Shown piece after piece: positions 23,306 through 32,000 of a DNA stretch of 32,000 nt (positions within the stretch are counted from its first letter, which is position 1; every line of letters begins with the position of its first letter). The position numbers were made by a program, and so were the translations under genes. The stretch spans positions 1 through 32,000 of the forward strand of contig NZ_JACVEG010000008.1 of the NCBI RefSeq assembly GCF_014596725.1, written 5' to 3'. The stretch comes from Vibrio sp. Y2-5. Its GTDB lineage: Bacteria; Pseudomonadota; Gammaproteobacteria; Enterobacterales; Vibrionaceae. The notes below the pieces were generated by a model, which saw nothing but the letters and a program-made list of their open reading frames with translations, was not told the origin of the DNA and did no database searches.

Positions 23306-23650
23306 TCAGTGCGATTTGTGAGTTTTACGCTCCAAAACCACGTCTTCAAACTTGTACCAAGCCTTCATTAATATCAGACCTAAAACCGTAACAATCTTGA
23401 AGGTCACAACGATAGGCGGAACAAGAATCCATAACAGTACAACCATATAAGGTTCTTTTGCTGCATTTTCATCCCACAACTTGCGTTTTTTTGGTTTGTA
23501 AGTGATGTGTAAGTAAACCAAATACACAATCACCGCAACGGTTAGTGTTGAAGCAAGAATCGGGTTATTCGCATGGAATTGAATAAAAGCAATTTTGGCT
23601 GGTTCTACTTTATCCAGCATTGAGTTCAGAAATTCTAGTAGCTCACGCAT
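23306..23650 (-). CDS. small membrane protein, 114 aa; the only minus-strand gene in the transfer region
   Basis: ATG start. Two TM segments (ILASTLTVAVIVYLVYL and MVVLLWILVPPIVVTFKIVTVLGLILM). Confidence 0.65.
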   Translation of the reverse strand: MRELLEFLNSMLDKVEPAKIAFIQFHANNPILASTLTVAVIVYLVYLHITYKPKKRKLWDENAAKEPYMVVLLWILVPPIVVTFKIVTVLGLILMKAWYKFEDVVLERKTHKSH

Positions 23651-23748
23651 ATGTTTTTCCTTCTTAATTATTCGTTCTTAGTGGCTATGAGAACATCTTA
23701 TAACCCACTCAGTGTCTACCGCACCCCCCTCTGAATAAAAAAATGCAA

Positions 23749-23770
23749 TTTACAAAATACTGCTTGTAAA
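23749..23770. promoter_or_regulatory. inverted repeat upstream of the transfer operon (candidate operator)
   Basis: TTTACAA-N8-TTGTAAA in the 265-bp intergenic region before 23916. Confidence 0.3.
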
Positions 23771-23915
23771 TCGGAATTATCTCAACAACCACACTTATTT
23801 AGGTATTTACATACATGGGAAGAATAACGGTTGAAAAATCCCTTCCGTATTAATTACAGAGGCCTTTTCAGAAATCACAAGAGTATGGATGACGGAAAGA
23901 TTCTAGGAAAAGGTC

Positions 23916-24221
23916 ATGATACTAAAACACAGCATCCTTTTGTGCGTAGCTGCACTATCCCTACCACAGTTGGCTCATGCTGACGTATGGCAGGAACGAG
24001 AGTTACTAGAAAGATGGGCAACCCAAACTGAATCGCTAAATGAGATCTTGGACGAAGCACAATACAGCGCTGATATGAACCGTAGAGCGAAAATGGATTA
24101 TTCCGCATTACGAAAAGATATCCGGGAAACTCTATTAAAAGTTCGTCATTACCTAGATGCACCTGCTGAACCATTCAATCGTTATAAGGCTGAACAAAAT
24201 CAGCCGACAATCAGTAAATAA
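23916..24221 (+). CDS. small secreted protein, 101 aa; resembles the RAQPRD-family ICE protein by size, position and pattern
   Basis: Signal peptide ending LAHA. Helical body. DAPAEPFN sits where I recall the RAQPRD motif to be. First gene of the MPF_G-like block. Confidence 0.55.
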   Translation: MILKHSILLCVAALSLPQLAHADVWQERELLERWATQTESLNEILDEAQYSADMNRRAKMDYSALRKDIRETLLKVRHYLDAPAEPFNRYKAEQNQPTISK

Positions 24222-24238
24222 CAAGAAAGGAGACCAAG

Positions 24239-24574
24239 GTGAATATGTTCCGTAAGTTGGTTGCATTACTTGTATTAACAATTTCACCAGGGTTGGCGTA
24301 TGCGGAAATATTTGCACCATCTCCTGATAGTTCCAATGAAACTCACTGGAATACGATTTTGGGCTCTGGGAGCTACGAAGAATACGCTTTCACATTGCGG
24401 CTAATACCATCCGTTCTGCTTTTATTTTGTTCAGCGTGGGCGCTATTTGGGCTTTTTCGTGCTGCTTTTGTCGATGAGACAATTCAAAAAATGGACTTTG
24501 TTATTTGGGCCGGGAAGTTAATGCTTATTCTCACCATTTCAATCGCTCTACTTGTTAGTAAATCATCTAGTTAA
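24239..24574 (+). CDS. small transfer-region membrane protein, 111 aa
   Basis: AAGGAG 6 nt before GTG 24239 (an ATG lies at 24245). Signal peptide plus two TM segments. Confidence 0.65.
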   Translation: MNMFRKLVALLVLTISPGLAYAEIFAPSPDSSNETHWNTILGSGSYEEYAFTLRLIPSVLLLFCSAWALFGLFRAAFVDETIQKMDFVIWAGKLMLILTISIALLVSKSSS

Positions 24575-24599
24575 CAAACATAAGAACACGAGGAAATTC

Positions 24600-24992
24600 A
24601 TGTTAGTTAAAAAATTATTAAAAGGCATATATCAGTCGAGCGATAAGCTTGCGGTGAGCCTACTTACGTCGCTTGCCTATATTTCACCTTCGCTTGCAGC
24701 TTCATATAGTTTACCTACGCCAGTAACAACCGATGTTACAAACGGAAACTACATCACATTGTTTCGTAAGGGCTTCGCGGACTTCGCAATTTTAGCTACA
24801 GAGTCGTTCGGTGTAATTGCACTAATCATTATGGCGGCAATTTTTGTTTGGGAGTTCGTACGGGTGACTAACCAAAAACAAACCTGGGGTGGTTTGGGTT
24901 TAACGATGGGTGTGGGTGCGCTTATTCTTGTTATTGTTTATGTCCTACTCAACCAAGCTGGAAAGTACGCAGGTGCAGGCTTGAACTCATAA
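24600..24992 (+). CDS. pilin-like (VirB2-analogue) membrane protein, 130 aa
   Basis: ATG 24600 with GAGGA upstream. A long leader ending SLAAS is followed by two hydrophobic helices, the usual conjugative pilin layout. Confidence 0.6.
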   Translation: MLVKKLLKGIYQSSDKLAVSLLTSLAYISPSLAASYSLPTPVTTDVTNGNYITLFRKGFADFAILATESFGVIALIIMAAIFVWEFVRVTNQKQTWGGLGLTMGVGALILVIVYVLLNQAGKYAGAGLNS

Positions 24993-25066
24993 TTAGCAAA
25001 CTATCGCGCTCCTACTAAGAGGGAGCGCAAATCCGTATTGCAAGAAAAAAGAAGAAGGTTCAAGAG

Positions 25067-25441
25067 ATGGATGACGAAGAAACATCAGATCTAATACTCG
25101 ATACAATCGACTTTACTCCTAATCTTCTGGCTGGTTTTACAGCTAGCGAAATGGTTTCTTTCTTTGCCGTTTGTTTTGTAATTCTGATTATACCGTGCGC
25201 TGCTGGTTCACACTACTTAGCCGACACCATTTTGTACGGGTTTATTCTCGATGCTGTAATCAGTTCGTATTTGACATATAGAGGGGCATTGAGGGCGCAA
25301 GTACTGAAACGAAATCGTCCTTCATACATGATGTGGATCGACTTACAACGACGTCTACAGGATAGAGGGATTTTAGGCGTAAAGATCAATTTCAAGTTAG
25401 TGCCAGATGCTGTCTGGGAAACAAAGAAGATAGGTAGGTAA
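25067..25441 (+). CDS. VirB3-like small transfer membrane protein, 124 aa
   Basis: Hydrophobic hairpin (MVSFFAVCFVILIIPCAAG ... ILYGFILDAVISSYL). Its position directly follows the pilin-like gene. Confidence 0.55.
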   Translation: MDDEETSDLILDTIDFTPNLLAGFTASEMVSFFAVCFVILIIPCAAGSHYLADTILYGFILDAVISSYLTYRGALRAQVLKRNRPSYMMWIDLQRRLQDRGILGVKINFKLVPDAVWETKKIGR

Positions 25442-25444
25442 TAC

Positions 25445-26206
25445 GTGGATTTGGACCTTAAGAAAATGTTCAAAAAAAATCAGAATCCGGAAGAAGCCGT
25501 AATAACAGAAACTGAAACCATAGATTTAGTTTCCAGCAAAGAATTTGATGAAAACGAAATTCCTTTATCAAAGAGAATTGGTAAGTTACCTAAAATAATG
25601 GTCCAAAAAACCCATGAGCATTTATCTCACGTTGCAACTCTTCGTTTCATGATTGCACTGCTTGTTTGTCTCTTATTCATGTCTATGTACACAACATCCC
25701 AGATGCCCAAACGTATTTTGGTGAAAATCTCTCCACAAATGCAATCTGGATTAACGATGAAGATAGGCGAGTATCCAAAATCGGCAATTTTAAGTGACAT
25801 TCAATTCTTGTGGTTGGACATGAACAATTGGGATAAGTCTGGTGATGACCAAGCTATTCCTTTAGTGGATAGATACCAATATTTCCTGAGTCCAGAGTTC
25901 CAAGTGCAACTGAAAGAAAAATATGAAGAAATGAGTAGGAAAGGAGCACTAAACCGTACGCGTCTACCTAGTGCTGTGCCGGGTCAACTATTCCAGTTTG
26001 AAGATCGCGTAATTCAAGTCAGCAAAGACTCGTGGAAAGTATTTTTAGATATAAAAATTGAAGAAAGGATGGATGGTGAATTAGTTCGAAGTCCGACCTA
26101 TCGGTATTTCTTCCTCGTCGAGCGATTCGAAAGCAATCTCGATTACAACCCGCTTGGTCTAAGAATCGTTGGTTACAGCGATGAACCAAAACGTATCAAG
26201 GACTAA
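25445..26206 (+). CDS. bitopic transfer protein, 253 aa (VirB8-analogue position)
   Basis: Single TM segment (FMIALLVCLLFMSMY) followed by a soluble domain. GTG start at 25445; an alternative ATG lies at 25466. Confidence 0.6.
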   Translation: MDLDLKKMFKKNQNPEEAVITETETIDLVSSKEFDENEIPLSKRIGKLPKIMVQKTHEHLSHVATLRFMIALLVCLLFMSMYTTSQMPKRILVKISPQMQSGLTMKIGEYPKSAILSDIQFLWLDMNNWDKSGDDQAIPLVDRYQYFLSPEFQVQLKEKYEEMSRKGALNRTRLPSAVPGQLFQFEDRVIQVSKDSWKVFLDIKIEERMDGELVRSPTYRYFFLVERFESNLDYNPLGLRIVGYSDEPKRIKD

Positions 26207-26211
26207 TCACA

Positions 26212-27081
26212 ATGAAGAACTTAAAAGTAGTCTTAATCTTACTTTTTACATGTTTAACCTCGGTGGCAGCTAATGCGACTGAGGTACACGTGTGGGATAA
26301 GAAGCCTATTGAGATCCAATTAGAAGTTGGTAAAGAAAGAATCATTTTTTTTCCTAGTAACGTGAAATTTGGAATGAGCCCGGACTTTCGTTCGAAAATT
26401 AAATTGAGTAATGCTGCTGGTACGGTTTATATAAAGCCTATGCAGGCTTTCAATAAAACCCGTGTCTTTGGGACATTGGATAATGGCGAAAGACTTGTAC
26501 TTGACTTCTTTTCTGTAAGACCACAAGGGAATGATGTCCCAGAGGATTTCAAAATTGTTCACCCCGCACAAGTGAAAGAGGCTTCGGAAAGTTTAGGTAC
26601 ACAATCTACTGAAGCAGAAGCTGTTGCTGTAGGTGGAAGCTCGAAAGCGGTAACCATTAAGGATCTACTTCAATACGCGAACATAGATTTGTATGGGCCA
26701 GCACGATTACTGCCTAATTTACCCATCACAGAAAAAAAAGTAACAAAGCCACTTAATCTAAAGCATGTATTTATCAATCGTTCTGCAGGTTTATTTGAAT
26801 TAGAGGCATTTAAGCAGTATCAGTCGATGAACTATACCGTTACTGCAATTCATCTAAGAAATAAGACTAGTCGTAGACAGTATATTAACCTTACCGATGT
26901 ATATCCGGCCATGCTCGTTGATTCGTCTCATCATAGTTTTGTTGAAGCGCGAACTTCTGACCCATCTCAACGTGACAGCACGACTTTCTTCATTGTGACT
27001 AACAAACCTCTATCTGATTACAGTTTCTATGCGCCTACGGTTGCAGGGTTACATCAAGTCCAAGGAAGTGAGAATGAATAA
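26212..27081 (+). CDS. secreted transfer protein, 289 aa (VirB9-analogue position)
   Basis: Signal peptide MKNLKVVLILLFTCLTSVAANA. AAGGA SD. Confidence 0.6.
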   Translation: MKNLKVVLILLFTCLTSVAANATEVHVWDKKPIEIQLEVGKERIIFFPSNVKFGMSPDFRSKIKLSNAAGTVYIKPMQAFNKTRVFGTLDNGERLVLDFFSVRPQGNDVPEDFKIVHPAQVKEASESLGTQSTEAEAVAVGGSSKAVTIKDLLQYANIDLYGPARLLPNLPITEKKVTKPLNLKHVFINRSAGLFELEAFKQYQSMNYTVTAIHLRNKTSRRQYINLTDVYPAMLVDSSHHSFVEARTSDPSQRDSTTFFIVTNKPLSDYSFYAPTVAGLHQVQGSENE

Positions 27082-28591
27082 GAAAATCGTCCTACTTGGT
27101 CTATTGGCTGCAGCCGCGGTGGTTCTTTTGTTCTTCGATGATGGAGAGGCACCCGTAGCACCTCAACCTGTTAATACGACTCCTGAATCGAAGTTTGCGC
27201 CAGAAAATACGGCTATTGGAAAAAAAGCTGAGATTGATAATTCTTCAGATGAATTACGGGCAGTTCTGATCGAAGTGAGAAAACTGAAGTCAGAGAATGA
27301 GCAACTGCAGGATCAAGTTTCGAAAATTCTATCTAAAGATGCCACGCCTGATTCTAATCAAGCCATTCAAAAATTGCGTAGGGATTTTGCAGAGAAAAAT
27401 GTAGCGATAGATGAATTAAACCAAAAAGTCGCTGAACTGAATGAAAAGAATCGCAATCTGGCTAACAAAGTCAAAGAAGGTGTACAAACGCCACCTCAAG
27501 CGAGTGCTTCTTCGTCTTCGGTTGATTCAGATTTAGGAGTTGACGGGACTAAACCAACGTCGGTTAGTGATGATGACATTCCTATTCTGAATAGACCTGC
27601 TGATGCAACGGCAAGTACGAATAATTCTACTCAAACAGTTAATTCCAATACTGAAACCGTAGATGGTGTCGATGACTCGGTCATTGTTTGGTATGAGCCT
27701 GACGATGCCATTATTAAAACAGACCAAAGCGGTTCAGAAAAAACTGTTACTTACCCTTTCACGAGTACTCAAATTTCAGGTGTGACACTTGCAAGTGCAG
27801 AGCTGGAATCTGTCGGTGCTGAACAGGACAGTCAAAGCGTTAGCAGCAAAGGTGAAAAGAAGAAGGAAAATACGCTGAAACCTATGTATACAGTTCCGGC
27901 AAACAGCACGCTATGGGATGTTACCGCAATGAGCACAATGATTGGCCGAGTGCCAGTAGGCGGCTCACTAACCAACCCATACCGATTTAAAGCTTTAGTC
28001 AGTTCAGAAAATATGGCGTCAAACGGTATTTTTATTCCCAATCTTAAAGACATGGTTGTTTCCGGTTATCTAGAAGGAGACATGTTGCTTAAGTGTCTTC
28101 GAGGAAACATCGATTCAGCGACTTATACATTCAATGATGGAACCATTCGCACTATAAGTGGAAGTGGTAGTGAGGGTGGCGCGGCTGGAGGTATCGGTTG
28201 GATAAGCGATAAATGGGCTAATCCATGTATTCCGGGCACTTACGTATCCACTATTAAAGAATACTTAGCGCTCATATCCGGTACCAGTGCAATTCAAGCC
28301 TTTGGTGATGCTCTATCTGATGCAAATACAACAACGGCAACTTCAGGTGATGTAATTACAACTGTTACTAGTGGTAGCACGCTTGAAAGCGCGATTGGCT
28401 CAGGGATAGCTGACGGTGCAAGTGCTGGTGGCGACTTTATTGAAAAACGTCTAGAAGATGCCTTCGATGCGGTTGTAATTGAAGCAGGACGGTCCATTGT
28501 GCTTCACATCGAGCAAGAAATGGACATCGATTACGACACCCAAGGTAGAAAAATTGTTTACCAGAACAACGTAGAGGAGTACTTGAATTGA
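27074..28591 (+). CDS. transfer protein, 505 aa: TM anchor, coiled coil, Ser/Thr-rich linker and C-terminal domain (VirB10-analogue position)
   Basis: ATG 27074 (MNKKIVLLGLLAAAAVVLLFF) overlaps the upstream gene by 8 nt. The track's 27029 start lies inside the upstream gene. Confidence 0.65.
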   Translation: MNKKIVLLGLLAAAAVVLLFFDDGEAPVAPQPVNTTPESKFAPENTAIGKKAEIDNSSDELRAVLIEVRKLKSENEQLQDQVSKILSKDATPDSNQAIQKLRRDFAEKNVAIDELNQKVAELNEKNRNLANKVKEGVQTPPQASASSSSVDSDLGVDGTKPTSVSDDDIPILNRPADATASTNNSTQTVNSNTETVDGVDDSVIVWYEPDDAIIKTDQSGSEKTVTYPFTSTQISGVTLASAELESVGAEQDSQSVSSKGEKKKENTLKPMYTVPANSTLWDVTAMSTMIGRVPVGGSLTNPYRFKALVSSENMASNGIFIPNLKDMVVSGYLEGDMLLKCLRGNIDSATYTFNDGTIRTISGSGSEGGAAGGIGWISDKWANPCIPGTYVSTIKEYLALISGTSAIQAFGDALSDANTTTATSGDVITTVTSGSTLESAIGSGIADGASAGGDFIEKRLEDAFDAVVIEAGRSIVLHIEQEMDIDYDTQGRKIVYQNNVEEYLN

Positions 28592-29052
28592 TGTCTAACT
28601 TATCATTTAAAAAACAGATTGCAGTCGGGCTGATTTTCTCTGTATTGGTACTGTCAGGTTGTTCCTCTCCAAACGAATTTCAAACCGAAGAAGAACTATA
28701 TCAAGATTCGGTTATTCCCAAGTCTGAACACACAATGAAAGAGATTTACGAAAATCGCGGGTCTACAGGTAATCAAACTGAAGGGCAGGGAATGCCAACC
28801 CAATATGCTGGTTACATGGTTAACAAACGTCCAGCTTCGGACTATGAAGTAGGGCTAAGTCCGTACACTGTCAGCAACACTGCTCAGGCTCATTTTCATT
28901 TTTTGCCAAATCCGGTGATTTACATGTACATATTGCCTTCTCTGACAAAAGAAGACCGCCTTCCTCGTCCTGGCTGGGTAACAGAATTTCACATGTACGA
29001 CAAAGATGAATACGCTTTACCGGGCGAAACTAGCCTAAGAGAGGACAACTGA
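28591..29052 (+). CDS. transfer lipoprotein, 153 aa
   Basis: Lipobox LVLSGC. ATG overlaps the upstream TGA (TGATG). GAGGAG SD. Confidence 0.75.
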   Translation: MSNLSFKKQIAVGLIFSVLVLSGCSSPNEFQTEEELYQDSVIPKSEHTMKEIYENRGSTGNQTEGQGMPTQYAGYMVNKRPASDYEVGLSPYTVSNTAQAHFHFLPNPVIYMYILPSLTKEDRLPRPGWVTEFHMYDKDEYALPGETSLREDN

Positions 29053-29053
29053 T

Positions 29054-31975
29054 ATGGGCGCGAGCTTGAAAGCTACTTTCAACAATTTTAAAAGAAATGT
29101 CTTGGGGCTAGGTTTATACAGACAAGAAGATGAAGCTCGTCTATATGAACGTAAAGGCCCAAATTTTGCTGATACCTTGCCATATACCGCTTATGACGAG
29201 TATACAAAAACTTGGATCTTAGAAGACCATGAAAGTAGAGCTGTTGTCTTAACGTTAAAACCAATTTCAACTGTTGGTAAAACTACAGAATCTCTTGTTC
29301 AAGACCGTAACTACATCCGTTCAATATATGAAACTTTCGAACGAGTACTACCGGAGCAAGGACAGTGGGTTCTGCAGGAGTTCTATTACAACGATAACCG
29401 TGTTTCCCAAATCATGAAAAGCATGCGGGATTACATTGCCCCCCATGCGAAAGGAACGGAGTTTACGGAGCAGTATTTAAAAGTCCAAGAGCACCACTTA
29501 CGCGGTATGAATAATGAAAATGGGATTTATAAAGACCGTAACGTAACGCGTGAACAGTGGGGTTTAAAAGTTCCCCGTATAAAACTCGTCATTTACCGTC
29601 GTGTCACCAATTCTGATTTAGCTCAAAAAGCAAAAGGGCGCTTCGACGCTGCTCAGGAGTTAAATGAGAAGATTGAAGACTTGTCCACAAAATTTGCTTC
29701 AGGTGGTCTTACGTTCGAGCGTGATACGAAAGAGGACGTTCTTTACTGGCTATTCGACATGTTTAATGGCGATGGTGACTATGAGGGTGAACGTGAAGAT
29801 TACATTAAAAAAATGACCGATGTTGACGATGATGTAGTCACGGATCTTAGCGACGTCATTTTTGTAGATCGTCCTGTAAGCAACACAAAAGACAATAGTT
29901 GGTCATTCGGTAATAAGAAATCGCGATTTTTGCGTTTCTCTGGATTAACCAAAAAACCGCGGATTGGTCAGATATCCGGCGAAGTTGCAGCAGGTAGCAG
30001 TGGTATTCAAAATATTAGTTGTGCCATTGATGCTATGCCTGTTTCGACAATGGTTACTCGTACTATTGTCTTTACGCATAAAGGTGATTTAGAAGCCACA
30101 TTGAATACCCTTGAAACGAAAAGTAAGGGTGGCAGTACTGAGGCTAGGAAAGCGCGTCGAATCCATAAACAGGCAACAGAAGAATTAATCAACGATGACA
30201 ATGCAGTACGTTGCACAATGGGTGTTTACTTTTCAGGTAATTCCGTTGAAGAACTCGAGAGGCAGCAGAGAAAGATCATAACGACTTTCGCCAATAACAA
30301 CATAGCACTAATCAAGGATACAGAAGACGGACTCTGTTTAGATTCTTACCTCATCCACCTACCGATGAATTTTAAACCGTTAAATGATCTCAAGTTTCGT
30401 TATTTACGACAAATGAGGATGGATCATAACTGTAACCTGTCTTTGTTATTTGGTCGCTCTGAAGGCTCAGGTAACCCAGGATTAATGTTTTTCAACCGCG
30501 GTGGCACTCCGGTATTCCATGACCCATTAAATGGCGATGAAAGGGCTATGAATGCATTTTCATTTGTTGTTGGCCCTCCTGGTGCAGGTAAGTCCGTAAC
30601 TCTGGCACAAATGGCAATTATGAACATGGCTGTGCACCGTCCACGACTATTTATCGTTGAGTATGGTAATTCATTTGGCTTGCTTGGTGAGTACTTTGAA
30701 AGATTTGGTCTAAAAGTTCTGCGTCAGAAATTAGACCCTCAAAATGCTCCTTCATTGGCGCCTTTCGCTGATATCGATTTGGTTATAGACCAGTCCACAG
30801 AGCAACGTATTGACAGTTTTGATGACTGGGATTTAAGCAGTATTAAGACTGAAGAAGGACAGGACGCCCTAAGCTTAATGAAGAAAGCTCGAGATAGTCG
30901 AGAAGAAGCTGGTGATACTGAAGATGAAGACCGTGATGTCTTAGGTGAGCTTGAACTAATAACTTTCTTAATGATCACCGGCGGAGAAGAACGTGAGTAT
31001 TTGCAGTATTTACGTGCTGACCGTCAGCTTATACGTGAAGCGTTAGTCCATACGGCTTACCGTATGCGTGATGAAGGGAAAAAGTCATTTGAAACAGCAT
31101 TAAAAGCTAATGCCTTAACCGAAGAACAGATTGAAGCTGGACCAAAACCGAAAAGCTGTATCACTCAAGATGTTATCGACACCATGATCATGATGGTCAA
31201 CGGTAAATATGATACGGAAATTACAACATATACAAGTGGCCAAAAAGATAAGCTCAATCAGATGTTGACCACACTTAAGATGTTTACAACTGGTTTCAAC
31301 GCAAAATTGTTCAACAGACCGGGTGAGTCATTCCCAGACGTCGATGTTGTATTGATTGACTTGGCGGAGTTAGCAAAAGATGCCAACAAAGATAAATTAG
31401 CCGTTGCCTATACAGCTCTCATGCAGCGTGTTAACTACCTTGCAGAAAAACACCAATCGGACGCACGGCAAATCCTGGTGTACACCGATGAGTGCCACCT
31501 TGTATGTAGTAATCCTCTTCTAGGACCATTCCTAGTTAAGATGGTTAAGTGTTTCCGGAAACTTCAAACATGGCCTTTATTCGCCACCCAAAACGTGGGT
31601 GACATGGCTGGTGGTAGTGCAAAACTATTATCAATGATCGAATGGTATTTCGCACTGAATACTGAAAAGGAAGAAGCTGAGCTAATTCAAGAGGTAAAAG
31701 GTTTACCTGATGAAATCTGCTATTTGCTTCAGTCTTCTCGTAAACAAGCTAAATCATACACTGAAGGTGTTATCTGTAGTAAGAACTACAACACTCAATT
31801 CCGGTCATCACCAGCTTCATTATTCCTCGCTATAGCCATGACTGAAGGCCATGAAAAATCGGCTCGCAGGGAAATAATGGAAGAAAAAGGCTGTGACGAC
31901 CTTACAGCTGCTTATTACATCGCGCAACAAATAGATAAAGGAAGAGGTTTTAAACATGAATTGGCTTTTAATTAA
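29054..31975 (+). CDS. conjugative transfer ATPase, VirB4/TraC-like, 973 aa
   Basis: Walker A VVGPPGAGKSVT. Walker B-like ILVYTDECH. Its size and its position after the lipoprotein are typical of MPF_G-type elements. Confidence 0.9.
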   Translation: MGASLKATFNNFKRNVLGLGLYRQEDEARLYERKGPNFADTLPYTAYDEYTKTWILEDHESRAVVLTLKPISTVGKTTESLVQDRNYIRSIYETFERVLPEQGQWVLQEFYYNDNRVSQIMKSMRDYIAPHAKGTEFTEQYLKVQEHHLRGMNNENGIYKDRNVTREQWGLKVPRIKLVIYRRVTNSDLAQKAKGRFDAAQELNEKIEDLSTKFASGGLTFERDTKEDVLYWLFDMFNGDGDYEGEREDYIKKMTDVDDDVVTDLSDVIFVDRPVSNTKDNSWSFGNKKSRFLRFSGLTKKPRIGQISGEVAAGSSGIQNISCAIDAMPVSTMVTRTIVFTHKGDLEATLNTLETKSKGGSTEARKARRIHKQATEELINDDNAVRCTMGVYFSGNSVEELERQQRKIITTFANNNIALIKDTEDGLCLDSYLIHLPMNFKPLNDLKFRYLRQMRMDHNCNLSLLFGRSEGSGNPGLMFFNRGGTPVFHDPLNGDERAMNAFSFVVGPPGAGKSVTLAQMAIMNMAVHRPRLFIVEYGNSFGLLGEYFERFGLKVLRQKLDPQNAPSLAPFADIDLVIDQSTEQRIDSFDDWDLSSIKTEEGQDALSLMKKARDSREEAGDTEDEDRDVLGELELITFLMITGGEEREYLQYLRADRQLIREALVHTAYRMRDEGKKSFETALKANALTEEQIEAGPKPKSCITQDVIDTMIMMVNGKYDTEITTYTSGQKDKLNQMLTTLKMFTTGFNAKLFNRPGESFPDVDVVLIDLAELAKDANKDKLAVAYTALMQRVNYLAEKHQSDARQILVYTDECHLVCSNPLLGPFLVKMVKCFRKLQTWPLFATQNVGDMAGGSAKLLSMIEWYFALNTEKEEAELIQEVKGLPDEICYLLQSSRKQAKSYTEGVICSKNYNTQFRSSPASLFLAIAMTEGHEKSARREIMEEKGCDDLTAAYYIAQQIDKGRGFKHELAFN

Positions 31976-32000
31976 AAAATCTGCAGTAGTTGTTGCGTTG
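31956..32000 (+). CDS. 5' end of the next transfer gene (partial; signal-peptide-like MNWLLIKKSAVVVAL)
   Basis: ATG 31956 with AAAGGAAGAGG upstream. Overlaps the end of the ATPase gene and is cut by the window edge. Confidence 0.45.
   Translation, partial: MNWLLIKKSAVVVAL

Noticed and set aside
1165-30978. Antisense or nested track ORFs: 1165-1467, 1705-1914, 2719-2937, 8732-8950, 9701-9883, 11472-11660, 12997-13218, 13424-13759, 14503-14802, 14997-15197, 15244-15507, 17026-17226, 20119-20364, 20434-20727, 23914-24174, 25213-25473, 26320-26571, 27533-27727, 27832-28053, 28294-28497, 29088-29270, 30007-30216, 30424-30627, 30739-30978
   Set aside because: Each lies within or opposite a longer ORF that has recognisable motifs, an RBS or operon context. 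They lack RBSs and their products look low-complexity. They are treated as shadow ORFs.

Overview
This AT-rich window reads as the backbone of a conjugative plasmid-like element, though an ICE or plasmid hybrid cannot be excluded. All calls come from reading the sequence; no searches were run. Left to right it contains: (1) 110-bp tandem repeats at the window edge, with a fourth dispersed copy. (2) Four small plus-strand genes of unknown function. (3) A tightly coupled minus-strand operon: coiled-coil protein, 144-aa protein, 428-aa tyrosine recombinase. (4) A Mip/FkpA-like FKBP gene. (5) A 698-aa Rep-like gene, divergent from a GATC-rich AT stretch and 14 iterons of 12 bp at a 22-bp period. 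(6) An unknown 319-aa ORF plus a RadD-like SF2 helicase. (7) Small ORFs followed by ssb, a lambda Bet-like annealase with a long acidic extension, two unknown genes and topoisomerase III. (8) A DsbC-like gene and a run of type IV secretion genes whose order and sizes match the MPF_G class (ICEHin1056/ICEclc/PAPI-1 type), ending in a 973-aa VirB4/TraC-like ATPase. No rRNA, tRNA, CRISPR array, transposase, relaxase or coupling protein was seen. The strongest hunt result is a module I do not recognise: a GAAA-loop mini-hairpin with covarying stems placed just upstream of an idealised AAGGAG ribosome-binding site. It occurs nine times, only on the plus strand, in front of the small-gene, ssb and bet cistrons, and one copy has no ORF. 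Other leads are an FtsZ C-terminal-peptide-like motif shared by two adjacent unrelated proteins, an ambiguous choice of replication initiator (an inverted iteron sits at the start of the 319-aa ORF), the recombinase operon, and the 110-bp repeats.
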